DNA of 64,000 bases from Blasia pusilla (lineage: Eukaryota), in NCBI GenBank assembly GCA_050084515.1, contig CM114271.1, forward strand, positions 9,052,001-9,116,000, given 5' to 3'. Below, one piece after another: positions 49,089-61,400 of this stretch; the stretch's first letter is position 1; the number at the start of each line of letters is the position of its first letter. The notes beneath the pieces are model-generated. The model saw nothing but the letters and a program-made list of their open reading frames with translations, did no database searches and was not told the DNA's origin. A program made the position numbers and the translations under genes.

Positions 49089-50272
49089 TGTGAAGTACCC
49101 ACGTTTTTGAAATTTTGACAGATTGAGCATTTTTTCTACACAATTGTAGTGAAGTCTTCCTTGAGTGAAGACTAAAGACTCAATACCGGAAGTAAAGACG
49201 TATACTTTACCAAAATTGTGTGAGAACATGGAATAACATAACTCTAATGAAAGGAAAAGAGATAGTAAGAGATTAAGGACTGTCTTGGAAAAGAGTGATA
49301 ATTGTGTAAAAGTAGGAAAAGAAGGGAAAAGAAGCTAGAATAAGAAGCGCGAGTACTTTGCAAGGAAGATCGCAGTAGGAATAGTGGTGAAGACTGTCAA
49401 CGAAGACTAGAAAAAGATTCTTTGCAAAAGAAGACTTAAGGGAGTCTTTGTGCAAAGACTGGGTACAAAGAACGAAGACCCAAGGCCCAAGAGCAAAGCC
49501 TAAGAACTCTAAGAAGGAAGAGGAATTAAAGAGTCTTCATAAAAAGCGGAAAGGTGTAGGAAGTATAGGAATAGAAAGAGAAAGAATGTTTTGGAAGAAA
49601 GCGGAAGGAAAGAAAAGTTGGAGGACTCTTTGCAATGGCATTAGGATAAGAGTCTTTGCGAAGATATGATCGTAAAGATAGGACTGCGAAGACTGTTAAG
49701 ACTGAACCGTCGTGACAGTTCCGGAAGCCGGATATGAAGAGGTGCAGCGGTTAAAAAAGAAGCAGATCTGAAATGCCAGGTTAACCAACCGACTTAGGAA
49801 GATGAAGGGTTGGAGAATCTGAAACGAGGAGGGTAGGATTATCAGTTAGAAATCTAGAGTAGAATAGGAAGATCAATCAGGAATTGTAAGAGACTATTTA
49901 AAGAATATAGCAGAAGAACAAAGGGTCATTCCCTTGTATCTTGAGTTTCCGAGTAGTCTTGGTGGGTTGTGTAAGGAGTTCTTTGGGGATGATCCAAGCC
50001 AAAGAGTCTTGTACCCTTGGAAGCTTGTAATGCTTTCTAGTTTTTTCCACTCTTTGATGCAGTTGAAGTGTCTTCTCTCATGCTTTCTAATGTGTGGAGT
50101 TGAGTGTAAAACCTTATTAGGCTGCAGTAGGGATGAGAGTTGAGTCTGTTGATTACAAGATTCCAGAAGATAATCATGAAGAGCATAGGAAATTTTTTAG
50201 ACAGTGGATAACCTACCATGACAGATTCAATTATAAAAGTAGGATGAGCCGCTCATTCTTGAGGTCTCTTAG
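49089..50272 (+). mobile_element. Truncated family B LTR
   Basis: Colinear with ~46675-47895, then joins the palindrome element. Confidence 0.8.
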
Positions 50273-53200
50273 AATTGTCTTTGCAACCCGTCGGACTCCG
50301 ACGGGTTGCAAAGCCACGGAATCTGACCGCTTAGCGAATCTTTGAAATCTAACTATTTGCAACCCAATGGAGTTTGACTTGCAACCTGTTGGAGTCCGAC
50401 AAGTTGCGTTTAGGTTGGGGAACTTGGCCACCTTCGTCCTTGCAACCCATCAGAGATGTATAGGTTGCACGTCGTGCAAACCGTCGGAGTCCGTTGAGTT
50501 CCATGGGATTCTCGGTCGGTACCCTTGCCCTTGCAAACGGTCTTATTCCGTCAGGTTGCACAATGGTCGCTTCTTCCTTGCAACCCGTCGGAATCGGGTT
50601 GCACAAGGAGCTTGGATGGATTTCCTACAATGAGTGAATTGTGCAACCCGTCGGACTCCGACGGGTTGCACGGGGACCTCGCCTCGATCTCCCTTGTTGA
50701 GGGAACTGTGCAACCCGTCGGAGATCGAGTGGTTGCACGGGGACCTCGCCTTGATGTCCCATGATGAGGGAAGCTTGCAACCCGTCAGAGTACGACACCT
50801 TGCTTGGGGACCTCGCCTTGATGTCCCACAACGAGGGAAGCGTGCAACTAGTTGGAGTCGGACGTGTTGCATGTACGATGAGTCCGACGGGTTGCACGTT
50901 TCCCACATGCAATGCATCATAACAGCCGACGTCGCGGTCGGTCCAACGGTTCCCACTAACCAACGGTTAGCTCAACGGCTCAAAAAGTATATCAGGCACA
51001 GATTTTGCTCATTTTCCTTTTTCATTCTGCAATTTTAGTTGAAGCTCCATCGACGAGTCCTCTGTGCAATTGAGGTCCCCAGGTCTGCTGAACATGTCGA
51101 TTACTCAAAGCCCTTTGCTGGAAGGTAATGACGCTCCAAGACACAACGCTTTGAGAGTTGGGTAAGAGGCAATGATGCTTCAAGAGGCGTGGTAAGAGGC
51201 AATGACGCTTTAAGAAATGATGGTTTGAGAGTTGGGCTTAGGCAATCGATCAATGATTCAAGAGTTCTGGCAATCGATCGGATTTTAGGAGTGCACAAGT
51301 ACAAATAACATTGACGAGGAAGAAGACCTTACCAACATGCACAATGAAGAGGAAGTAAACACAAGCAATGAAGGTTGGAAGCGTCACTCCCAAGTCCATC
51401 AGGACTCCTGTGTTGCGAGCTCCTAGCCCTCGCTCGGCGGCAAAAATTAGGCAACAAGAAATAGAGGATCGGGAGAGGGAAGCAGAAATGCACATGCAAG
51501 AGGTTGTGGCAAAGCTTGCTTTGGAGGAGCTTGCAAGGAAGAACGCGGAGGCTGAGTCATCAAAGGCCTAGGAGAAAAGAGTCATGGACAAGAAGCGAGA
51601 GAAGAAGCGTCTCGATGCCTCCATCAGGAGAGTAGAATTAGCGAAAGCGCAGAGGGAAAAATCTATCTCCGTGTAAGAAAGCCCCGCCTGTCCAATGGAC
51701 AACGTTGAGATGGAGGATATGTCCCCGATGAGGTCTGGGGACACGATGAACTTAAAATTGGTTGAGGAAACCGCAAAAGTTCAAGAGACGGATGAGGAGG
51801 TCATGAGGACAGCAAGTGTGGAGATGGTGGACATCTCTAAAGAAGCAAAAGAAGAGTCGTCATCGTCATTGAGCTCGATGGAAGAAATCAACCTTTATTG
51901 CATCAATGAATTTCATGTGGACTTGCCACATGTTGTCCGAGAGCAGCTAGCCGGCATGGACACCAACCCTATTTTGGAGCGGGTAAGTAGACAATGATAT
52001 ATCTGAATTCGCATTCTCAATTCCTTTCTTAATCAACAAAATCTGAAAAAGTAGCTTATTGGCATTCCTCGCCATTGTGGCAAGTTGTTGAGGAGATGTT
52101 AGTGGTGGATGGTCACAAGTCCCTAAGAATTCCACTAGGTTGATTGCGGACCATGGAGTTTTTCCATGAAATCAGTCAAACGAGGATATCACAAAGCTGA
52201 AGCAGTCGGTTACGACGGCATCCTACATCGACAACTTCCCTCCGTTCTTTATTCAGCCTTATGATGAAAATGGAATGCAGGCTCTGGTGATAGAAGAACA
52301 CTTGGAAGCCTTGGACACATTCTAGAGGATCAGAGACGAGGAATTCATAAGAGCTATTGAAGGAACGCAATGCAGCTGGATGCGGAACCTCTACTTCTTC
52401 ATATGGGATGGGAACCACAAATACATGGCATGGTCACAATTTGTTGAGGAGCGCCCAAATTCATTAGAGGCGCATTTCTACGTGAGGGCAGTCGTCCTCC
52501 ATCCATTTCCGCATCACATGGCAATGGTCGAGATGGAAATGCATTCCATGAATGCGTAAGTTCATATTTCTCTCAATAATTTTTGTTTGCTTCAACCGGT
52601 CAACTCTGACGGATTGCAAAAAATTTCAAACTGTAGATTGGCAGGAATCATAGGAGTCGATAGCCATAGTCCTTTTTTACGTTGCACGGGAAATTTGGGT
52701 ACATTCGAGCAACCTGTCGGACTCCGACGGGTTGAAGCAAGGGCTTCCATTAGATTTTCTCGGCAATCTTGCAATCCATCGGACTCCAACGGATTGCAAA
52801 ATGAGAAATTGCTAGCCAGGATGAATCTGGGCTATTGCAAACCGTCGGACTCCGACGGGTTGCTAAATGACTTCGATTTGGAGTGAGGTTTCTAGATATT
52901 GTCGGTGTTTAGCAACCCGTCGGACTCCGACGGGTTGCCAAAGGTAAAATAATCACACAATTTTCTGGCACTTTTGGCTTAAATACAACCCGTCAGAGTC
53001 CGACGGGTTGCATTATCTCCAAAAGTTCCTCCTACTTGTTGATTATTGTGCCTTTTGCACCTCGTCGGAGTGCGACGGGTTGCTTTTAGGCCTCTGATGA
53101 CTTCTAAAAAAGACCATTGTGCAACTCATTGGATTTTGATGGGTTGCTGAACACACGTTTCATCAAGAAACCTCACTCCGAATTGAAGTCATTTTGCAAC

Positions 53201-54820
53201 CCGTCGGAGTCCGACGGATTGCAACCAAATCTCTTTTGGGTCAAAATTTGGATTGAACTATGCTTCTGGGGTCTCCTTGCAACTTGTCGGACTCCGAAGG
53301 GTATCACTTTATGCAGATGGACATGAATGTGCTACCCGTCAGACTCCTCCGGGTTACACATCGTTGCCATCTGCGGACAGTGATGCAACCCATCAAAGTC
53401 CGAAGGGTTTAGGGCAATCAAATAAAGAAGAAGACTTGGGCAAATACGTTCATCTCCCAAGATGCAGCGGTCACGATTCTACGCTGGTCCAAGATCCAGG
53501 CAGCCAAGAAGAGCGCCACCTTGGAACTGGAGCGAAAGGGAAAACGTCTCGGTGTCGAAACGGGCCAAATTCATTTAGGGTTGTGTTTGTAGCTACAAAG
53601 TTCACTGCAAGCAAGATGTAGCGGTACATTGCAATCCTCAACCCCAAACTTGGCCCGGAGTTCTACAAGGATCTGAAGGCGATAATCAAGCGCCTTCGGA
53701 AAAGGGACGAAGACCCACAGAGTCGGATCGGAGAGAAGGTCTCTCTCGATTGCGTGCACAGGTTCTTATTTTCCGGGATATTCGAGTTTAGGCGGATCCG
53801 ACTGATGAAAATCAGTAAGGCACCGAGGCACAAAAGCGGGCAACACACCACCCTCCGGGCATATCCAACCCACTGATCTCTCATTGGCTCTAAGGGAATG
53901 GTCCTTGTAGGATACATTGCGACTTCTTGAGAAGTCGATGATCGTGGATCTACAAGCGGAGCTCAAAAAAATTGAGCCAGTTCCAGAGGAGGCCAACCTA
54001 GAGGCAGCAGAAGATTTTGAATTGTGCCTTCATGACATCTGGGATAAGCTGACGAAAAACCCGGGCTTTCAGACGATATTCAAGAATCACATCCTCCCTC
54101 AGGCAGATCTGGACGAGGAAATAGACACGTGAAAATAGGATTTTGCAAAGAAGAAGTGGGATCTTCAGGAGCAGGCGGCTGAGTCTTCCCCCCAAGAAGC
54201 TACCCAGAAGATGGTGTACATGTACCTCATCTATTCTATAAATGGAGGTATCTGATGCAAATTACCAGCAGCGTGCAAATTATGGGCTTCTCCTCTTGAT
54301 GGAGAGGGATTCTCCATGTCCGACATGAAGATGGGGCAGAGCATGTCCAAGTGGGAGGTATTGAATAATCCAATCTGGTTGGACTTCAACGACCCGGAGG
54401 AGATGACAAACAAGAAGCTTTGCGTGGTGTATGACGCAATTATCTCTGGTAGGAACGACATTCCAAACTTAGTGAAGACTGAAAAAATTTTCAAAGGAGA
54501 TATGGAGGAGCAAGCCATGGAGACAGCTGAGTTGATGTCCAAGGTAGTCATCGCCAAGGACAAATCCACAACCAGTTTGAAAGCAAAGGCAAAGGGGTCT
54601 AGGAATTCCAAGGCTGAGTCTTCAAGAAAAGAGGTAGAGTCTTCAAGGCGAGAGGGCCAAACCAGGTCCTTGTCAAAGAAAACACTTGTGGAGTCTGATT
54701 TAACCGAGACTCCAACAAGCCGACGGCAAACTCAAGAGAAGCGAAAGCGGGAGGTGCCAAGATCGTCCAAGGGAGGAGATAAGGATGTGGAATACACTCC
54801 ATCATCCTTGGGCAAGCATG
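50273..54820 (+). mobile_element. ParB-MTase element copy 4: palindrome array (50282-50900), promoter, exon 1 (51344-51982), ParB exon (~52165-52555), palindrome-filled intron (52556-~53410), exon 3 to ~54820
   Basis: Perfect 29-mers at 50282-50310 and 50642-50670. 67-bp spacing at 50643/50710/50777/50844. Donors GG|GTAAGT (51983) and GC|GTAAGT (52556). Confidence 0.82.
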
Positions 54821-55199
54821 TTGGATTCTCAACATCCACTTCTCTGAGCACCATTAATCTGATCGGCCCCCTTGTACGAGGAGAAGCCTAGATTCTGACT
54901 TAGATGTCAAAGGAGTCATAGTAATATGACGTAGGTGGTTTATGGAGTAGCGTTACTAAGATTATATAACCCTATATTGGATGAGGCTGCGGGGCACCTC
55001 GATATAATATAAGGTTAGATAATAGAGAATATTGCAACCTTGATGCAATATAGGGTTGCAAAAATTTTCTATTTGTAGAAATGAAGAAAAATAGGTTAAA
55101 AACCCTAGTTTCCTGAGTAGTGAAATAGTCGGGAGCCGCAGCGGTAGGGCATTCTCGTATGTCAAGTTATCTCCATGTTCATGTTCCATCGAAGCTCTT

Positions 55200-57229
55200 C
55201 TATGAGCGCACGGATGGCCTAGGCCACTTGTGGTACGCTAGGTCATCTTATCAAAGATTGTAGAAAGAGATGAGAAGTCAAGATGAGAAGAACGGTTGTT
55301 TAAGACCAAAGAAGGAGTCTAGAAATTCTGTAGAACTAGGAGAACATGAAGTAGATGCTTGGGTAGCAATAAAAGAGTTTTGCACATAGACAGAACATTC
55401 CACTAAGTCAAAGATTAAGGATGCATGGGTGCTCGATAGTGGAGCATCTAGGCATATGACCAATCATAAGGATTAGTATAGCTCCTTACAACCTCTACAA
55501 GAGCCCATCGTAGTTATTGTTGGGAATAATGCAAAGTTCTATGTAGAAGGGAAATGCATAATTTCTTTAGTCTCACAAAAAAGAGATGAAAAGAAGTTAA
55601 CTGGTATACTATATGTACCAGAGTTGAAGCATAATTTGATTTTAGTAGTAGGATTATGCGATCGTGATCTAGGAGTTCGTTTCAATAAAATTGGAGCTGT
55701 CATTGAGGATGCCAATAGCAAAGTAGTGGGTGAAGGTATACGACGTGGAAATATCTGCAAGTTTTATGCTTTCACGACAAGTGTAGGTACAGATCTTAGT
55801 AGTAGTAAGTTGTGGCATGAAAGATTTAGTCACCTAAGCTTTCCCTTACTAAGTCAGATGCAGAAATCTAGCATGGTTGTTGATTTACCAACAATTTATG
55901 GAGTGTTGGATACATGTGAAGCTTGTATGATGGACAAGCAACACCGACAACCATTTCCACAAGACTCTAGCAATAGAGCAAAGGATCCTCTAGAGCTGAT
56001 TCATGCTGACCTCTATAATAAAATGAGAACAGTGGTATTAGGTGGTTCTTTTTAGTTGTCGACCATTATAGTAGAAAGACGTGGGTGTATTTCCTCCGTG
56101 ATAAGGCAAGTACTTTTAGAAATTTTAAAGTATGGCACAAGTTGGTGGTTGAGAATGAGACAGGAAAGAAGGTATAGAAGCTTCGCACCAATCGGGCAGG
56201 AGAATTCTTATCAACAGAATTAAACAAATATTTTGGGGAGCATGGAATCAAGCGACAGTTAACTACGACACATACGCCACAACAAAATGGAATTATCGAG
56301 CGTCGAAGCCGTACAGTGGAGATGGCAAGATGTATGATGAAAGCAAAAGGTTTGACAGAAGGGTTTTGGGCTCAAGTTGTTAATACTACCGTTTACATTC
56401 TAAATAGCACTGCTATCAAGTCAGTGCAAGGCATGCCTCCTCATCAATCATACTCAGGTAACATACCATCTGTCCAACATTTGAATACTTTTGGTAGTGA
56501 GTGCTTTGTACATATTCCTGAAGCATCCAACACCAAGCTGGAGTCCAAGAGCAAAAAATGCATCTTTATGGGATATAATGATGAGTCTAAAGCTTATCGC
56601 CTATGGTGTCCTGAGACAAAGTAGATACTCGTCAGTCGTGATGTGGTGTTCTAGGAACAGCCTCGTCAAGTGGCGGATATCAGTGATCCGTCCACATTAT
56701 CTTCGACCAAAGAGATAACCCACCAGAGCACACCACGAATATTTACACGAGATCATCAAGAAGAAGAATTTGGTGATGATTACAAAGAGCAGCTTGCTCT
56801 TCCACTACGGTTGTCATCCTCTAAGTGGATAAAGCAGCTCTTGGATGGTAAGGATCCACCAGAAATTGATGAAGTTGTTACACATCCAAGGAGATCCAAG
56901 AGACTAGAGGAGCAGAATAGAGCTTCCGTACATCTCGTCAACATGGCCTTGATGACAAACGTCTTGAAGGTGGAAGAGCCATCATGCTTGGATGAGGCCC
57001 TTGGTCATCCTCAATGGAGAGAGGCCATGCAGATGGAGATGGACGCTATTCAGAGAAATGAAACTTAGACTCTAATTGAGAAGCCAAATGACAGGAAGAT
57101 AATACGCACCAAGTGGGTGTATAAGACCAAGTACAAGTCGGACGGTACATTGGATAAATTCAAAGCGAGGTTGGTTGCACAAGGGTGTTAAAAAATTGAA
57201 GGTTTTGACTACTATGAGACTTTTGCTCA
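55200..57229 (+). mobile_element. Decayed Ty1/Copia pol (protease, integrase, start of RT)
   Basis: WVLDSGASRHMT; LWHERFSH..CEACM; PLELIHADL; TPQQNGIIER; KCIFMGY; KWVYKTK...KFKARLVAQG. Confidence 0.92.
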
Positions 57230-58490
57230 GTCACGTGCCCATCGTCCACGACTGTGGTGGACGAACTTGATACCATCAGAGGTACTGAGTCGAGCATACA
57301 GTGGAGTCTAGAGAGCACCACATCTCACAATGGATGCTATTTTGGGCTCAGGGCCTCGATCTCAGGTGGTGACACGGGATGATAGACTACCGTTGGCCAT
57401 GGCCAATAGGGTGGGGGAGTTGAGGGCAGCCTTACCTACGTTGGTGAGCTTCCCAGCATCCCATGCCTTTCGTCAGGGAGGGCCAGGCATGATTTGGGAT
57501 GAGGTGACCGGAGCATTGGAAGAGCCTACAGCAGATGAGTGCAAGCGCGCCATGGGGTTCACTACCGGTACTACGGCGGTGCCAGGGATGACTGAGGCAT
57601 CACGGAGACAGGTGTTGGGGCAGGCGATGGACCTCAATTGTCTCACATGGATAGTCAGCCTAGGTATGGTGGAGAGAGACGGATGCGAAGTGTCATCCAT
57701 GCCGTCACGCCCACGAAGTTGGACCATTGCCCTTGGTCAGACAGGCATTGGTCAAGTAGACGAGGAGAGATAGGCACCCATGGACTTCCTGGGATGTCGT
57801 TCGAGCAGAGAGTGCGAAGGCGGCTAGAGTAGCACATGTTCATTTTTTGGATGTGGAGCATGGTGTAGGAGGTAAGAGTGGAGTGGTTGTTTCGGAGGTG
57901 GCTAGGGTTGCTACATAGCAACCAAAGCCGTAGGTTACGTCCTCTCCGAGTGAGGTCACGATGGAGACTTGGGAGCCTGTGATAGGTCTCAAGTTGATAG
58001 GAGGAGAGCGACGGCGAGTTCATAGGTTTCAGAGAGGGCATGTCAGTTGTTTTGCCTTCAGTATGAGAGACTTGGCTATGCTGAAGGGTCCCGGGATACG
58101 GATTGAGTTGACTAGTGATACGCCGATCTTTCGTCGACCCTACATGTATTCTGATATGGAGCGAGCCTTGATTCAGAGCAGGATTCAGGACTTGTAGGAG
58201 GCAGGAATTGTGGAGTTATCACATGGGGAGTATGCATCTGCCACTGTCATGCCGGCGAATAAGGATATGTATGGCAATTGGACGGATAGGCAGATGTGTG
58301 GAGATTACCGTCCTATCAACCGACAGACAAGGTTAGATCGGTACGCCATGCCTACTCCTGAGGAGATCTTTGATGCGGTAGGGCATGCAAAGATCTTCAG
58401 TACTTTAGATCTCCGTGCTGGCTATCATCAGCTTCCTATCAGGTTGGAGGACAGGGAGAAGACATCATTATGGGGGATAGATCGGTTCGA
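57230..58490 (+). mobile_element. Gypsy-DNMT element fragment: C-terminal half of the C5 methyltransferase followed by RT
   Basis: RAHRPRLWWTNL...ECKRAMGF...VLGQAMDLNCLTWI, then PIFRRPY...MCGDYRPIN...IFSTLDLRAGYHQL. Confidence 0.85.
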
Positions 58491-58493
58491 GAG

Positions 58494-61400
58494 TGTCATG
58501 ACCATACGGATTATGTCGTAGAGTATAGTGTGCTAGTAGAGGTCATTCCTTATGTAGGACCGTAGTGGATTGGTAGAGATGCGGTTCCATACATAGGGTT
58601 GGGGGTTACTCAGTTGGGGGTGAGTTTCCCAGTAGGGCCCGCTCTTAGGTTGGAGGATATAAGGTGGAGTGCACTCAAAGAACAGTCACTTCTTTGAGTT
58701 GAGCCTGTTGCGTTGGGAGTTAGCCTTGGTAGTGAGTAGAGCTCTTGGCTATGGTGTTTCCCGCAAGCTTCGACCTAGATTCTCCCATCGTGGAGTGGGT
58801 TTGGCTCGATTGTATGTGATTGTAAACGTGTTTTATGAGAGTAGGTCTTTCACGGATTTCACTCAAAGAACTGGAGTAGATCTTTGCAGGCTTCGATTGT
58901 AGATCAGTAGGATCTGGTTAGGGCTGATTGTGTACTCAGCCGTGGATGTTCGGGGCTTGTTGCCTATGCCTTGAGGCTTCGAGGCAACTCGTGGTAGCTC
59001 GGGGTGAGTGGGCGTGAGAGGCGGAGTAAGGAGCAAGGAGCAAGCAAGCAAGCTTGCTTGCTTGGGCGTGAGGCAATTTTTGCAGGATTTGGGATTTGAG
59101 TTTTGCATAACTGGTCACCCATCTTTGGGCTATTTCGCTGGAGGACGCTTAATCGCTGAGTTCTTAACTATGCCGGTGTCTGCATTGTTGTAGCTCATTT
59201 GGTCTTTGTTCGGAGATGTGTTAGGCGCTTTATGCATCTCAAGTTTTTGGTTGATGTACCTCTAGCAAGCATAGTACGGTGTAGCCTCTCCATGCAGGTG
59301 ATATTTTCACGTGCTGCGAGTTCGACTAATACGTCATCGACCCGCGGCGGAGTAGCTATTGCGTTAGAATTGTGTGGTGGGTTTTGTGGATTCAGGGGGC
59401 ACCACGTTTGGTGGATTGTGTTACCTTGATTTCCATTTGCGGTTGGAGGGTTGTCGTTGGACTTCCTGTGTTTGGATCCCCTACATCGTGCTTCTTGCTT
59501 GCGCGCCCATTGTTAGGGTTGACGCTGATTTCCAGAGTAGTGTTACTCCTGTGTGCTACTGATAGTGAGGCTGGAGTGATGACCAGTAGACCGTGGGAGG
59601 CTTCTTGTAGTGATGAGAGGTTAGATTGCCTACACCCATAGCTAGTAGAGCTACAATAGTAGAGCGACATCGACGTCACTTGGGTAATTTGGTGGTGGTG
59701 CGGCACCGGCGTTGGTCATCACGGAGCTGTCGGGTGGTCTAGTTGGGGACTGTGGTGCGGACAGTGGTGGTTTCACACGGAGTGGATTTAGGTATCGGCT
59801 ACCTTTTCCGCTTCCGACGGTTGATGAAGAGGAGGACCAAGGTGTTCCAAACACCGAGTCTTCTACGTTGTTATCGAGTGTTGCAGCTCCATTGATTTGG
59901 GACATGGACGGTGGATATGGGGCCATGAAGGGCCCACGACGATACTCGGGTGCAGTGGGCACCATTGAATTGGAGGACTTCATGCAGGATTTTGATACGT
60001 GGTGTGATATGCAGATGTTGAGGAACGCCACGTTGTTTACACCCTTCTTGGCTTGGAAGGGGTTGTTTCAAAGACTTGGAAGGACCACCCATGGATGATT
60101 ACCATGAGTTTAGGAAGGACCATGTTCTTTGAGATTGAGGCATGGAAACAATATTGGTCTCAGGCTATGTGTCTATCACCCATGGTGGTATTGGTAGTAG
60201 TGCTCCTATTATGCCGGCCCGGCCCGGCGTTGAGTGGTACGCAGTATGAGCCGGAGTGGGGGTACAAAGTGGAGGTACTAGTGGGGGTACTAGTGGAGGT
60301 ACTAGTGCCCCACCATCGTTTAGCTTGGTTGCGAGAGTTCTTCAAGAGGTTGAAGAAGAACTATCAAGGAGTGAAGACGGAGAAGTTGAGGAATCTTCAA
60401 GACTTTGAGCGAAAGATTGGTGAGAGTCTTCGTGAGGCATACACGCGTATGCGACGCTTGATTTCAGTTACCTAGGTGTGATTGAGGATCAGCGATCCAT
60501 TTTGGTATGGGATCTTGGACAGAGATTTGCGCCGTAGGGTACGTGATGCTACTCTTATGAGTGATGATTCACCCACATTGACCCATGTGTTTGCTCTATC
60601 TAAGAAGATTGAGCTTAACATGGTGAAGGAGAGAGTGGTGACATCCGCATTCAGTAGGGATACAACTACTACTTCTCAGGTTCAGCCGCCCACCTCACAG
60701 TCTCGTAGTAGTGGTGGTGGTAGTAGTAGTGGGAGTCGTGGGGGGTACACGCGACCTCAGTCAAGTTCTAGAGGGACATTTGTGCAGAGACCATTCCCTT
60801 CATTTGCTGCCCCGCAACAAGGACAGTCATGTTGGACATGTGGAGGTGATCATGTTAGGAAGTTTTGTCCCCAAGAGGATGGGAGACGGACTTTGGAGGA
60901 TGGGCCTCAGTCGGCCCCAACTCAGTGTGATCATTGCGGGAGACTAGGTCATCCTCGAGAGCGTTGCTTTGATCTCCATCAAGAGTTGAGATCAGGCCGT
61001 GGCCGTGGTGGAGTAGCTCCGAGAGGCCGAGGTGGTAGAGGTGGTAGGGGTGGTAGAGGTGGACCAGTGGTTGGAGAGCCTACGGTGGCTACCCCTACCA
61101 CTACGACAGAGTCAACTATGGTCGCCGAGATTAAGCGATTGGAGCGAGTTGGCTACTATGGTGGTATCCAAAGATAGATCGGTTCGGGAGCAGGGCTTCC
61201 ACCTCTTATGGAGGGGATGATCTCTCTTATATGGCGAAAGTGCAAAGACAAAGGTTGAGGCATCAAGCTGCGATTCTACGAGAGGAGCCACTCGAGCGTC
61301 GAGCCACGTGGTGCTCGTGTGGAGTTGGACCCACAGAGGAGTGAGGGGGAGGCAAAGCTAGGCTTCCCGGTCATTCTTGTTGTCCGAGGTGCTTAGGACT

